In this document: in pieces, positions 49,200 through 60,931 of the stretch
Layout: each line of letters starts with the position of its first letter
Position numbering within the stretch: position 1 is the first letter of the stretch
Assembly (NCBI GenBank): GCA_051013385.1
Contig: CP143273.1
Coordinates: forward strand, 1,216,001-1,280,000
Origin: Phormidium sp.
GTDB taxonomy: Bacteria > Cyanobacteriota > Cyanobacteriia > Cyanobacteriales > Aerosakkonemataceae
Length of the DNA stretch: 64,000 nucleotides
Reading direction: 5' to 3'
Made by a program: the position numbers and the translations under genes
Notes under the pieces: generated by a model
The model's input: only the letters and a program-made list of their open reading frames with translations
What the model was told of the DNA's origin: nothing
The model's database searches: none

Positions 49200-50728
49200 T
49201 GCCTTGCTCCTTGGAATTGTTGGGCGAGAGCTTGATGAACTTCAGTCAGAAAAGTTACAACCTCTGGGTTATCAGGTTGATAGGATTGATCGAATAAAAT
49301 TGAAACCATCACCCAACTAGGTTCTTGGCGTGTCACTTCTCCCCACATCCGGGAAATAAAATCATCCGTAGTGCGTTGGGAAGACTGATACCAATAAACG
49401 GCTTTGCGAGTTCCTCCATTTAACGATAGCCAACGTCCTGTAATATCAGGGGTGAGTTGCCGTTGTTCCATGCTGTTTACCCGAAATCCCATGCCAGCTA
49501 AACACAGTTCTGGTGCGTGTTGTGCTCGCCTAGTGATGCTGGAAACTAGTAACATGGAGCCAGAAACCCCATTAAATTCAAATCGCTGTTTTTGCGCCGT
49601 TGTACCTGGATACTCAGCAAAAAATTGCTCTTCAACCTTTGTCAAAGAAACACTTTGCAGCGGAAAAGACAAGGAAGCTTGCACATTTGTTAAAGGTACA
49701 GCTGTTGCTTTTAATAACGAATGAGGAATAAAAGTCAGTCCCAAAATACAAACAGTCAGCACCACTTGGACTAAGTAAGGATTACGCTTAGAAGTACCCA
49801 ACGAGATGGGAGAGCTAAATTGTTCTCTGCCCCTCTGCCCCTCTGCCCCTCTGCTCTCCAATGGTACGCCTCGCAAGAGTAACCAAGTCAACAAACAGGC
49901 AATGCTAAACCCAAAGATACCTAATGGTATGTGCAGTATGTGGGCGAGTTCTAGTTGATTGAAAGTGTAAGTTGTGACAACTAATGCTAGGACTCTAGCA
50001 ATATTAGCCAACATTAAAAGGACAATATTAGCGACACAAACGAGTAACCAATGTAGCCCAATGCGGCGATTTTCTAGCCAAGTTGCTGCTAGGAGAAACA
50101 ATGTTCCTACCCATAAACTTCTCATGCCACTGCAAGGTAAATCGACGTGGGCAATGCCATTTTCTAGGACAATGATATCTTCGGAAGAAATTGCGGCAAT
50201 GTGCCAGTGAGCGAGAATACGTTCGATCGCATGAGCAGTTAATAAACGGACAGGAAAGCCTAAACTTTTACTAAATTGAATGCTGAAGGTTAGTAAAAAG
50301 GCGAGGGTGACTGCTATGGCTAACCCTTTTCGCCAACGCTCAGGGTGAGAGAAAAGCCCCAGTAGCCCGTAGGTTCCTAAAATGAACAGTAGGACGGGTA
50401 GCTGTTCAATGTTGAGGAAGTGGGGGATTGCGATCGAGGCGATCGCACTTCCCATCATGACAATCAAGGGCAGGGGATGCAAGACCGGAACGGCTGAAAA
50501 ACTCAATTTTTCAAAATACCGTAGTCCTTGAATAATCAGCAGTATCCCTGCCAGCGCCACTAAAATTAAAGTAAAAGGGGCTGCTTCTGATAAGGTTTGA
50601 ACTAACCATTGCAAGCTCGGTAAATTCAAATACGCCCAACTCAAAACAAGTAGGCAACTTCCACCCAAAGTTGCCCAACTCAGGTTTTGATTGCTTTCCA
50701 AACGAATTAACTTTTCTTCACTAATCAT
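49196..50728 (-). CDS. xrtO: Exosortase O
   Basis: VDLPCSGMRS, ANIAR, LHIPLG (Cys/Arg/His triad), HAPELC; overlaps its PEP-CTERM target gene by 4 bp. Confidence 0.85.
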   Translation of the reverse strand: MISEEKLIRLESNQNLSWATLGGSCLLVLSWAYLNLPSLQWLVQTLSEAAPFTLILVALAGILLIIQGLRYFEKLSFSAVPVLHPLPLIVMMGSAIASIAIPHFLNIEQLPVLLFILGTYGLLGLFSHPERWRKGLAIAVTLAFLLTFSIQFSKSLGFPVRLLTAHAIERILAHWHIAAISSEDIIVLENGIAHVDLPCSGMRSLWVGTLFLLAATWLENRRIGLHWLLVCVANIVLLMLANIARVLALVVTTYTFNQLELAHILHIPLGIFGFSIACLLTWLLLRGVPLESRGAEGQRGREQFSSPISLGTSKRNPYLVQVVLTVCILGLTFIPHSLLKATAVPLTNVQASLSFPLQSVSLTKVEEQFFAEYPGTTAQKQRFEFNGVSGSMLLVSSITRRAQHAPELCLAGMGFRVNSMEQRQLTPDITGRWLSLNGGTRKAVYWYQSSQRTTDDFISRMWGEVTRQEPSWVMVSILFDQSYQPDNPEVVTFLTEVHQALAQQFQGARQ

Positions 50729-50865
50729 ACTGTCTACACTTCCCAGTGGTTTTCTGACAGTTCTGAAGAAATGTTGCGAGTAAGTCGCTCCATTTCTCGG
50801 TCAAATTTCTGCTGACTTCAATTTCTCCGGGGGATATTCCAGATGGAATTCGTGTAAAGTTAAAT

Positions 50866-50931
50866 GTAGAGACGTTGCATGCAACGTCTCTACATTTAGC
50901 AACATCTCTACATTTAGCAACGTCTCTACAT
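50866..50931. repeat. REP-like GTAGAGACGTTGCATGCAACGTCTCTAC with tandem partial copies (related copy at 56863-56892)
   Basis: Perfect palindrome followed by repeats of GCAACRTCTCTACATT. Confidence 0.85.
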
Positions 50932-50965
50932 TCTTTTTTAGAGATGTCAATTTAGGTAATCGATA

Positions 50966-51397
50966 TTAATTATCGATGTTTTTTTTCGGTAAAAATTGTT
51001 TTAAAATTTCACTTGGTTGACGATCCCAGGTGTCGATATGTTCGTAAATTAAGCCTGATTTGGTTAATTTGTAAGTTGAGTAACCGTTAAAAAATATGTT
51101 AGCTTTCCAGGGAAGGCGTAACTTTCCTCTAACAGTCCAGTTGGCTAAAATAATATCTTCGGCGGTTTGTTTCACGTCATGCAAATCAAAGTAAAGTTCG
51201 GTGAAAAATAGCTTTCCGTGAAATCGCAGTGTCCAAAATATAATTCGATAATTGAATTTGCCTTTGAATTTGTTAACTGGGTCTTGAAAGTAGATATCTT
51301 TGGTGTAAATATCATAAGAAATGTCTTTCTCGAAAAGGGTGGGTAAGTCTTGTTCGAGAGTTGTGATTACTTGTTGTATTTGTTGTTGGTATTCCAC
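50966..51397 (-). CDS. DUF2358 (SnoaL-like) protein
   Basis: DLPTLFEKDISYDIY..FQDPVNKF..HIDTWD. Confidence 0.9.
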   Translation of the reverse strand: MEYQQQIQQVITTLEQDLPTLFEKDISYDIYTKDIYFQDPVNKFKGKFNYRIIFWTLRFHGKLFFTELYFDLHDVKQTAEDIILANWTVRGKLRLPWKANIFFNGYSTYKLTKSGLIYEHIDTWDRQPSEILKQFLPKKNIDN

Positions 51398-51497
51398 AAT
51401 ATTTTTTTAACCACGAAGGGACGATAGCGAAGCGAAACGCGATAGCGTTTTAGGACAGGAAGGAAGAGAAGAAGAAGAAAAAAGTTTTTTAGTGTTG

Positions 51498-52304
51498 CTA
51501 TGTAGAAGCATTAGGTTGTTGGAAAATGTAGATATCTTTAATTACTTTTACCCAACCGTCGGAAACATCCTCTAAAATGCGATCGCCTTTCTCCCGCGTC
51601 GCAGTAGTTGGATCGCCAATAACACCACTGCTACTTAAATCTTTCGTTACCCAAGCAAAAGGTAATTTCCCTTCCATACTCAAAAGGCTATCTTTTGGCA
51701 TTTCTGGGGGATATTCAGTAACAGCATTTTCCATTTTTACTTGTTCTGGCAAAATTGACAGCAATAAACTAGTTTCGGCATCTCCCGCATGAATGCCGAA
51801 CTCTCTTTCTTTTGAAGTTAGTAACTCGCCAACCTTGTGCGGAACTCGCCAAGTAAACAGAGGAAACACCATTAAATCATCATATTTTAAGTGTAAATCT
51901 CGCGCTGCAATTTCCATAATTTGTGGTTGTCCCCCGTGAGAATTCATTAATACTAACTTGCGAAATCCTGCCCGATAAATACTGTCGGCAATTTCGCAAA
52001 TAGTGGTAATTAAAGTTTGGTAACTTAGGGTAATTGTACCGGGAAAATGCCAATGTTCGTTAGATTTACCGTAGTAAAGAGTTGGTAAAGCATAAGCGGG
52101 AATTGCTGAGTCTAATTTTTCCAATGCTTTACCTAATACGGAGACAGCGATCGCAGCATCTACAATTAATGGTAAATGAGGGCCATGTTGTTCGATCGCA
52201 CCCACAGGCAAAATTAACACTACATTTGCCTTATCTGGCATTTCTTGAACTTCTTTCCAAGTTAGATAAGGAAAAAAACGTTTTGGGGGAATAAAGTTGT
52301 GCAT
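51498..52304 (-). CDS. Creatininase family protein
   Basis: PVGAIEQHGPHLP, NSHGG, HAGDAETS. Confidence 0.93.
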   Translation of the reverse strand: MHNFIPPKRFFPYLTWKEVQEMPDKANVVLILPVGAIEQHGPHLPLIVDAAIAVSVLGKALEKLDSAIPAYALPTLYYGKSNEHWHFPGTITLSYQTLITTICEIADSIYRAGFRKLVLMNSHGGQPQIMEIAARDLHLKYDDLMVFPLFTWRVPHKVGELLTSKEREFGIHAGDAETSLLLSILPEQVKMENAVTEYPPEMPKDSLLSMEGKLPFAWVTKDLSSSGVIGDPTTATREKGDRILEDVSDGWVKVIKDIYIFQQPNAST

Positions 52305-52440
52305 TGTCCGAAATTAATAGATAAAGTTACCATTTTTATTTCTTGCTGATGCCAAGTGCGCTTCTAAGTAGATTTTTTAAACAGTCTGGATACACCACCT
52401 TTCAGAATATGTGGCAATTTGAACCAAATTGTACACTTTC

Positions 52441-53721
52441 CTATTGTGAGAAAGTTGAGACTGTTGGAAGTTGTTTTTCGATCGCATCACAAGCCACACA
52501 AACCCCATTTTCTGCTTGAATAATTTGTCCGATTTCTGTTGCTTTAGCTGCATAACTGGGATTTTCTAATAATTCTCCTAACTTTTTGGCTACTCTTGCC
52601 GCTGAATACTGCTTGCGGGGAATAGTGCGGGAAGTTCCCAAGGGTTCAACTCTTGCGGCATTGTCGGGTTGATCGTGGCTGTAGGGCATTATAAGCGTTG
52701 GACGACCCGCCCGTAAAGCTTGGGCGGTTGTGCCTATGCCGCCTTGATGGACGATCGCACAAGCACCCGGAAAAATTTGCGAATATGGAGTATAACCTAC
52801 CGCAATCATCTCTTCCGAAAGATTTTCTGGAGGTGCATTTTTACCAATCAACAAAACTGCACGACGGTTTAACAATTTTGCCGCTTGAATGCTTTCTTGA
52901 AAAAAGTTACCAGGTGCCATAACTGCGGCTGAACCTAGAGTAAAAACGATCGGTGGTTCACCTACTTCTAAAAATTGCTTTAGTTCTGGTGTAAGTTCCG
53001 CTTTGTCATCGTTACCATCATAAAATGTAAAGCCTGTAATAACTGTATTTTTAGGCCAATCCGGTTGAGGTTTAGCGAATGCTGAGGAGAACATTGCCAG
53101 CACAAGATAAGGAGAATATTTATCCTCAATAAAGGGATTGCCAACTAAGGGAGGTAAGCCGAGTTCGCGTCGTAATTGATGAATCGGTTCCGCCCAAGAT
53201 TTAGTCATTATTTTTGATAATTGAATCACGCCTCGATTAGCGATCGAACCAAGCCCACGAAACTTAGATAAAAATGGAAACACAGGGATAACTGATGGGT
53301 CGTAAACTGATAGAAATGCCGCAGGTTGTAGGACAGCATTTGCCCAGCGAATCCCTAACTTTTCGGCAACAAATCGCGCCGCAACAACTCCTTCACCCAT
53401 AATAATAAAATCTGCATCTTTGGCACAGTTCATTACATCTGTGTAAGTTTCCCGTAAATTGGCACAAATCCAATTGCGGATAATATATTCGGTACTTGTT
53501 TTTAAATCCATCATTCGCGCCATTTCTTCAGGGTCATTCAAAGCAGTATTATCAGGGCGCATTCGATGAAATTCAAATCCCAAAGCTTCTATTTTGCTTT
53601 GATATTCTTTGTGAGTGGCAAACACTATATTGTGACCGCGTTTTTTTAATTCTTGTGCGATCGCAATTTTCGGATGCAAATCGCCAAAAGAACCGATCGT
53701 TGTTAAAACAATTCTGCTCAC
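52441..53721 (-). CDS. GT1/GT28-type glycosyltransferase (rhamnosyltransferase/sterol GT-like)
   Basis: GSFGDLHP, VHQGGIGTT, HDQPDNA. Confidence 0.9.
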   Translation of the reverse strand: MSRIVLTTIGSFGDLHPKIAIAQELKKRGHNIVFATHKEYQSKIEALGFEFHRMRPDNTALNDPEEMARMMDLKTSTEYIIRNWICANLRETYTDVMNCAKDADFIIMGEGVVAARFVAEKLGIRWANAVLQPAAFLSVYDPSVIPVFPFLSKFRGLGSIANRGVIQLSKIMTKSWAEPIHQLRRELGLPPLVGNPFIEDKYSPYLVLAMFSSAFAKPQPDWPKNTVITGFTFYDGNDDKAELTPELKQFLEVGEPPIVFTLGSAAVMAPGNFFQESIQAAKLLNRRAVLLIGKNAPPENLSEEMIAVGYTPYSQIFPGACAIVHQGGIGTTAQALRAGRPTLIMPYSHDQPDNAARVEPLGTSRTIPRKQYSAARVAKKLGELLENPSYAAKATEIGQIIQAENGVCVACDAIEKQLPTVSTFSQ

Positions 53722-53763
53722 TACTTTACCTCTAGGTCGGTAGCATTAGTTTGACACAGTTGT

Positions 53764-54165
53764 TTACGGAAACAAACCCAAGCGAATCCATAATCGTCGT
53801 GCTGCTAACTGAGCAGGACTGTTCATCTCTAAATATTCTAATGTTACTTCTCCAACCGCAGTTATTCCTATAATTTCACCAGACTCAATATTGATCTGAA
53901 AATGCTCACTCCACTGGTTGTTTCTGGGATGAAAAAAAGGAACTTCTGTGTTGGAACTAGACGCAATTCCACTAATGCGAATTCCTTTGCGAAGATTGCA
54001 GGAACGACACGCCAAAGCTAAATTTTCTTCATCATTTGTACCTTGCCGAGAGAGTGGGATAATATGCTCTACTTCAAACGGAAAATTGAAAACGATTTCA
54101 GGGGCTTGGCAGTATTCACAACGATGATTTGCTCGTTGTGCGATTGCCCCATAGTAAGGATTCAT
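53764..54165 (-). CDS. HNH endonuclease
   Basis: CEYC, EVEHIIP..GT..NLALACRSCN. Confidence 0.9.
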   Translation of the reverse strand: MNPYYGAIAQRANHRCEYCQAPEIVFNFPFEVEHIIPLSRQGTNDEENLALACRSCNLRKGIRISGIASSSNTEVPFFHPRNNQWSEHFQINIESGEIIGITAVGEVTLEYLEMNSPAQLAARRLWIRLGLFP

Positions 54166-54524
54166 GAATTTTCTTGTTGCATCAATGCCACACTACGGGC
54201 TGTTGCTGCTTTCAATTCAGCTTCAACCAACTTATCAAGCTCTGTTTGTTGTTCTGCTGGCAATTCCTGCCCCCGATCCCGTGCTAACCGCCATAAGCTC
54301 ATTAATTCCGATAGTCGCTTTTGTTGCTCGGCACTGAAAAACGGATCGGGATGAAAGCTTTGAATAAAGAGTAGCGCACTGAATTCCATCTCACCCAATT
54401 GAGCAGTTAACGCATCTAAAGCTTGCCCCGCAGTTTTGCCAACAGAATGTTTATTTCCTGCAATAGCACGATAACATTTATCACCGTTACTATCAGAAAT
54501 TGGCAGGATTGATACTGTAGTCAT
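54162..54524 (-). CDS. Small hypothetical protein translationally coupled to the HNH gene (antitoxin-like)
   Basis: ATGA overlap with the HNH gene; helical C-terminus RLSELM..ELDKLVEAE. Confidence 0.7.
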   Translation of the reverse strand: MTTVSILPISDSNGDKCYRAIAGNKHSVGKTAGQALDALTAQLGEMEFSALLFIQSFHPDPFFSAEQQKRLSELMSLWRLARDRGQELPAEQQTELDKLVEAELKAATARSVALMQQENS

Positions 54525-54584
54525 GCTTCCAGTTTAAAGTTATTTGACTTAAATTATAACTCTAGACCTCTGCGATTTAAAAAA

Positions 54585-55115
54585 TTACTTCACTTCCGAG
54601 AATAAAATCTTGTAAGGTGCATATCTATTTTGCCGATAAGAACCAACCCAAATGCTATAAGTTCCAGGCAACCATTGACCAGCAATACCCGCATTTTTCC
54701 CTTGATAATCATCATTACACCAAGTACCACCAGGGCCACTAATTATTAATGTTGTATCGGCGGGACTAATAACTTGAACTCGCAAATAATTTAAAGGAGA
54801 AGTTATTAGCAAAGTGTGATTAGGATTGCGATCGACAAACCCCGTACAAGGGCCAATTTCTGTATCTCTCCGACCAGCAATTTCCCTAGCAAATTCCATC
54901 CCGCCACTAATCCCCCGAATAATTTGTGGGTCAAGTGGAAACTGCGGGTTAATAGTAATACCTTGGAACACAGGAATATTTGGATTAGGAGTTAATTGCC
55001 CTTGAGTTTTTTCTGTTAACAGTAAGTTACAAGATAAAAGGATTAATAAAGTTAAAAACGAGTTAAGAGTAGTGAAACGAGAATTATTTAGAACTTGCAA
55101 AATCTGTTTGTACAT
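54585..55115 (-). CDS. Secreted hypothetical protein with a PPC-like beta domain
   Basis: Signal-like N-terminus; CTGFV, DTTLII.GPGGTWCNDD, GTYSIWVGS. Confidence 0.75.
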   Translation of the reverse strand: MYKQILQVLNNSRFTTLNSFLTLLILLSCNLLLTEKTQGQLTPNPNIPVFQGITINPQFPLDPQIIRGISGGMEFAREIAGRRDTEIGPCTGFVDRNPNHTLLITSPLNYLRVQVISPADTTLIISGPGGTWCNDDYQGKNAGIAGQWLPGTYSIWVGSYRQNRYAPYKILFSEVK

Positions 55116-55181
55116 GATGATTTGTGCAGAGAGAGTAAATAATATGGATTATTTTATCATGATTTATGGGGCGCTCTTACA

Positions 55182-55670
55182 TTAAATTTTAAACAGAAAT
55201 GGTTTTACAGATTTAATCATACGCTCTAACTCAGTTTTATTGTGTTCAAGAAGAGGATGTCCCCATAGTTCATTGGTGTTATCGGAGCAATCTTTTGCCA
55301 GAGCTTCTCCAATCTTCTCAAAAGTCTTGTTAGTGTCTCTCTTTAGAGTCTCTGGGTTAGATTGTACTCCCAGAATGAATACTCTGTTTTTTATATCCTC
55401 TGGAATCTGACTCTCTACATAACTAAATCGATCTTCACACCGATCGAAATCAATAAGTAAAACAATCATGCTCTTTGTAAATTGTCGCATTTCAGAAACA
55501 TGAACTTCTGTGAATTTTTCAACAACTTTTCCCCAACCACCAGCAGGCCGCTCGACTTGAATAGCACGTTCATTAATGTTTAAATCCTGAATAAATCCGT
55601 TGACAATCTCTTCATTAGCACGGTCTTCCGGCAACACAATAAGATGTGGTTGATACCTGTTTATGCTCAT
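55182..55670 (-). CDS. Small TOPRIM-like protein coupled to an ABC-type ATPase
   Basis: LIVLPED and LLIDFD acidic motifs; ATG overlaps the ATPase stop region. Confidence 0.7.
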   Translation of the reverse strand: MSINRYQPHLIVLPEDRANEEIVNGFIQDLNINERAIQVERPAGGWGKVVEKFTEVHVSEMRQFTKSMIVLLIDFDRCEDRFSYVESQIPEDIKNRVFILGVQSNPETLKRDTNKTFEKIGEALAKDCSDNTNELWGHPLLEHNKTELERMIKSVKPFLFKI

Positions 55671-56791
55671 AGCTCTATATCACCACGAATCAAGGTATCT
55701 ACAAGATCGCCTCTAATATTAATATCAGTGAGCAATCTGACCAGAGTTGGTTCCAAGTGGCTTTTGCGATCGAGTACAAAGGTATTTTCATTGGAAAACT
55801 TTCGGATTGCTTCCTCATTATGCGAAGTTACTAAAATTTGACCTTTATTTTTAAATTCGCGTCGCAGTGACATTACAAAATGCCCAACTTCAGACAATGA
55901 CAGATAGTTGTCAGGCTCATCCCAAAAACAAAAAAGGGGCCCATAAGACTTGTTGGCAGCTAAGACTAAAGCGCAAAGAAAAAAGCATTTTTCACCATCA
56001 GATAAAGCTTCAAAATCAACACTCAGATTTGCATTATTTGCTTCAAAGCGAACAATCATACTTTTGGAGTCTTTGCCAATTTGTTCATTCAAAAAATCTT
56101 GAATGTCAGGCATAACTTCTCGGAGATATTTATCAACCTGTGTGTAAGCTGCTGGATAACGACTGAGTAACCCAGAAATCCATTCTCCAAAGTTTGAACC
56201 ATCCCGCGTAGGCTCCAAAGTTTCTCCGTTGGATTCTCCAGTCATCAAACTTGGGATTGGGGCTAAAATAATCGTTCGTGCCAGCCAAGTCTTAAAAATA
56301 TGAAGCGGATCGGTATCTGATTGCTCTTGAATCACTGGCAGGGCAACAAGATGCCAATCTACCAAAAATTCCGCAAGACGATTTCGGGAACTGGTGTGAA
56401 GAGTAACTTGGGCTTCTTTTCGAGAGTAAATTGCCTCTCCTGCAACTAGCAATTGCTCTTCAAAAACTCGAAGCTCTCTAAATTTTTCTGGTAAGTCTAA
56501 GGCAAGAATATATTTGTATAATGTCTTTTTAAGCAATACTTCGATTTCCAACCTAATCGGTACATCAGATCTGCCAAAAGTAAAATCCTTCGGGCTAATA
56601 AGCTTAAGTTTTTCAAGTTCCCGCATTCTATTGATGCCTTGACTAATCTTCTGAAGTACCTCCAATACAGAGGCAACAGTGGATTTACCTGAACCGTTTT
56701 TTCCAATCAAGAGAGCAGATGGCATTTCCTTTAGGTTCAGTTCAAAGTTTTCTAAGCATCTGAAGTTATGTACATATAATCTTTGGAGCAT
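55667..56791 (-). CDS. AAA_15/AAA_21-type (ABC superfamily) ATPase
   Basis: NFRCL, GKNGSGKS, LSDGEK, WDEPDNYL, LVTSH; start ATG 56791. Confidence 0.9.
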   Translation of the reverse strand: MLQRLYVHNFRCLENFELNLKEMPSALLIGKNGSGKSTVASVLEVLQKISQGINRMRELEKLKLISPKDFTFGRSDVPIRLEIEVLLKKTLYKYILALDLPEKFRELRVFEEQLLVAGEAIYSRKEAQVTLHTSSRNRLAEFLVDWHLVALPVIQEQSDTDPLHIFKTWLARTIILAPIPSLMTGESNGETLEPTRDGSNFGEWISGLLSRYPAAYTQVDKYLREVMPDIQDFLNEQIGKDSKSMIVRFEANNANLSVDFEALSDGEKCFFLCALVLAANKSYGPLFCFWDEPDNYLSLSEVGHFVMSLRREFKNKGQILVTSHNEEAIRKFSNENTFVLDRKSHLEPTLVRLLTDINIRGDLVDTLIRGDIEL

Positions 56792-56896
56792 AGCAAAACT
56801 ATTCTGATAATTCGTGAACAAAAAAATGAACAGCTAGTCTGTAAATTGGATAATTTAAGACTTGTAGAGACGTTTCATGAAACGTCTCTACAAGTC

Positions 56897-58405
<1,509 letters not shown>

Positions 58406-58829
58406 AATAGATTCTCCGACATGGCATGATCGCTGCTTTCAGGTCTTAAATTCAATTTTCAGACCTATTTTTCTTGTAAATAGCGTTATTGGCGATCGAT
58501 AAATTTGCGATCGGGCAATTGAGTCTTTTCTTACTCTTTTGCCTCTCCCTCTGGTGAGGTAACGCTTTTCAATTGTAACCGCAAATGTGTATTTGGTGAG
58601 TGGCGATCGATATTTTTTTTTGAACCGCGAAGACGCGAAGGACACGAAGAAAGAGGAGAGGAAGAGAAGACTTGAAAATTGATTTAGGATTAGCTATAGC
58701 CTCTTCGTCTTCTCCTTCGCGCTCTTCGCGTCTTCGCGGTTCCATAAAATATTTGATAATAATTATTGAGGATTGCTATCTAATATGTATTAATTATAAT
58801 TATAAAATCAAAGTGTTTGAGGTTAATTT

Positions 58830-59246
58830 ATGGTTCATCAAGAGCAAATCAGTATTTCAACTAAGGGAAATGGTGATATGCACGACTTGACGGAAAAAGT
58901 AAATCAGGTTGTGAGGAATTCGGGAATTCAACAGGGCATGGTAAATGTATTTAATGTTGGTAGTACTGGGGCGATCGGGGCAATTGAATTTGAACCGGGA
59001 TTGCAAAGAGATTTACCGGAAATTCTTAATAAATTGATTCCTCCCAGTCGGGATTATTTTCACGAACAAACCTGGCATGATGGTAATGGACATTCTCATT
59101 TACAAGCAACTTGGCTTGGCCCTTCTTTGACTGTGCCGATCGCTAATGGTAAGTTAATTTTGGGAACTTGGCAACAAATTTTTCACCTTGATTGTGATAA
59201 CAAAGCACGTCAAAGAAAGGTCATGGTTACTGTTTATGGGGAGTGA
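58830..59246 (+). CDS. yjbQ: YjbQ family (UPF0047) protein
   Basis: GNGHSHL, LGTWQQIF. Confidence 0.9.
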   Translation: MVHQEQISISTKGNGDMHDLTEKVNQVVRNSGIQQGMVNVFNVGSTGAIGAIEFEPGLQRDLPEILNKLIPPSRDYFHEQTWHDGNGHSHLQATWLGPSLTVPIANGKLILGTWQQIFHLDCDNKARQRKVMVTVYGE

Positions 59247-59247
59247 G

Positions 59248-59796
59248 TTAATCTACGTGAGTATTGAATACACCCCAATCTTCAATTCCTTGGGATTTGA
59301 GGATTGATTCGGCGCGATCGATCTCCGACATATCACCATCTACTACAAATAAATAGTTGCCTTGAGAAAGGCGATCGCTATAAATATTTGCTTGTTCGTT
59401 AGAAACACCATTTCCCAAAATAGCGCCAATAATCGTACCACCAACAGCACCATAAAAACTGCCAGCTAATGTGCCAAAAATTGCCGCTTGGGAACCTGCA
59501 AAAAATATTGGCCCTAATCCTGGTATTACCAAAGAACTTAAGCCTAATAATAAACCACCTAGACCACCCAAAGCACCACCAGTAAGGGCACCTTTTCCAA
59601 TACTTTGAACCGTTTGATCACGGACATATTCATTCGGATCTTCGGTCAGTTCTTGACCTTCTTGAGAATCACGTCCAATCACGGAAATTTTGTCGCTCGG
59701 AAAGTTAGCCTTTTTCAATTCATTAAGCGCAGCTTCGACATTTTCTCGATTCGTAAATACCCCGACAGCACGCTTTTCTTGTGTACTTACCGCCAT
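59248..59796 (-). CDS. General stress protein with a glycine zipper
   Basis: RAVGVF..EAALNEL..ISVIGR, Gly-rich TM region. Confidence 0.8.
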   Translation of the reverse strand: MAVSTQEKRAVGVFTNRENVEAALNELKKANFPSDKISVIGRDSQEGQELTEDPNEYVRDQTVQSIGKGALTGGALGGLGGLLLGLSSLVIPGLGPIFFAGSQAAIFGTLAGSFYGAVGGTIIGAILGNGVSNEQANIYSDRLSQGNYLFVVDGDMSEIDRAESILKSQGIEDWGVFNTHVD

Positions 59797-59844
59797 GTTT
59801 TTTGCTCCTTTTTTACTTGGGTTTATAGATAATATTGTTGGTGA

Positions 59845-60468
59845 TTAACGATCGTTTAATTTGCTCTTTTTACTTCTGCTTCTCCGCTTGATTACCCAAA
59901 AGCCAAACCCGACAATTAAAGCAATTACTATCAAGCTAGAAATCGGCCCTAAATATTTCTCAACTAACTGATAGTTTCGTCCCAGAATATATCCGGCGAA
60001 TGTTAACAAAGCTACCCACAAAGCACTGCCAATGGTGGAGTAAAATAAAAATGGTACAAGGTGCATATTATCTAAACCAGCAGGCACCGAAATAAAAGTG
60101 CGAACTCCTGGTATAATTCGACCGAAAAATACAGCTACTCCGCCATATTTATTGAACCATTTTTTTGATTTTTCAATGTCTTCACCAGAAATAGTTAGCC
60201 ACTTGCCATATCTATCAGCCCATCTTTTTAAACGCTTTTCACCAAAGCTTTTACCTATGTAATACCACATTAACGCCCCTAGCACAGAACCCACAGTTCC
60301 CGCGACAATTACAAAGGCAATATTTAGCTTTCCTTGGGTAGTCGTAAACCCTGCTAGGGGCATGATAACTTCTGAAGGTATGGGAGGGAATAAGTTTTCT
60401 AAAAACATTAGAAAAACAATTCCCCAATATCCCAAAGAGTTGATTGTACTTGTGATCCAATCGAGCAT
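59845..60468 (-). CDS. DedA family protein
   Basis: ENLFPPIPSEVIMPLAG, GRIIPGVRTFIS. Confidence 0.94.
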   Translation of the reverse strand: MLDWITSTINSLGYWGIVFLMFLENLFPPIPSEVIMPLAGFTTTQGKLNIAFVIVAGTVGSVLGALMWYYIGKSFGEKRLKRWADRYGKWLTISGEDIEKSKKWFNKYGGVAVFFGRIIPGVRTFISVPAGLDNMHLVPFLFYSTIGSALWVALLTFAGYILGRNYQLVEKYLGPISSLIVIALIVGFGFWVIKRRSRSKKSKLNDR

Positions 60469-60490
60469 TTATTAAGTGATGAAGAGTTAG

Positions 60491-60904
60491 TTATGACTCG
60501 TTTGCTTCGTCTAAACGTTCTGGGTTTTGTACACCGATCAATTTATTCCAAAGTGGATAGGCAACCTCTGTTTTGGGAACGTAATAATTATCAGTTCCAG
60601 CCTCCATATTAGCCATAGCTGTAAACTCTTCCCATACTGGATCGTTAAGGTCAATGTATTTTGCACCTTGTTGCAAACGAGTACCAGGTTCCAGCACAAT
60701 AATTTGTTTTAATTCATTGCTGGAAAAGTCTGGCATTCGGCTATGCAATTCTTTAATTTCAAAGGCATTTAAAGCTGATGTTACTGGTGGGTGTTGCCCA
60801 GCCATTCCGTGATTTTTACCCGCTTCTCGATTGGGGTGTAAATCTTTATCCCACTCATCTGCTTTGGCATCATTTGGTGTGCCAACTTTTTGTTGTTGTG
60901 CCAT
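60491..60904 (-). CDS. Hypothetical protein
   Basis: GGGAG RBS; LEPGTRLQQGAKYIDL and YVPKTEV..LWN motifs. Confidence 0.75.
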   Translation of the reverse strand: MAQQQKVGTPNDAKADEWDKDLHPNREAGKNHGMAGQHPPVTSALNAFEIKELHSRMPDFSSNELKQIIVLEPGTRLQQGAKYIDLNDPVWEEFTAMANMEAGTDNYYVPKTEVAYPLWNKLIGVQNPERLDEANES

Positions 60905-60931
60905 TTTTATTTCTCCCAATTTCCAGAAATT

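Noticed and set aside
58439..58890. 68- and 72-aa ORFs upstream of gltX
   Set aside because: Built from CGCGAAGA-type short repeats and promoter DNA
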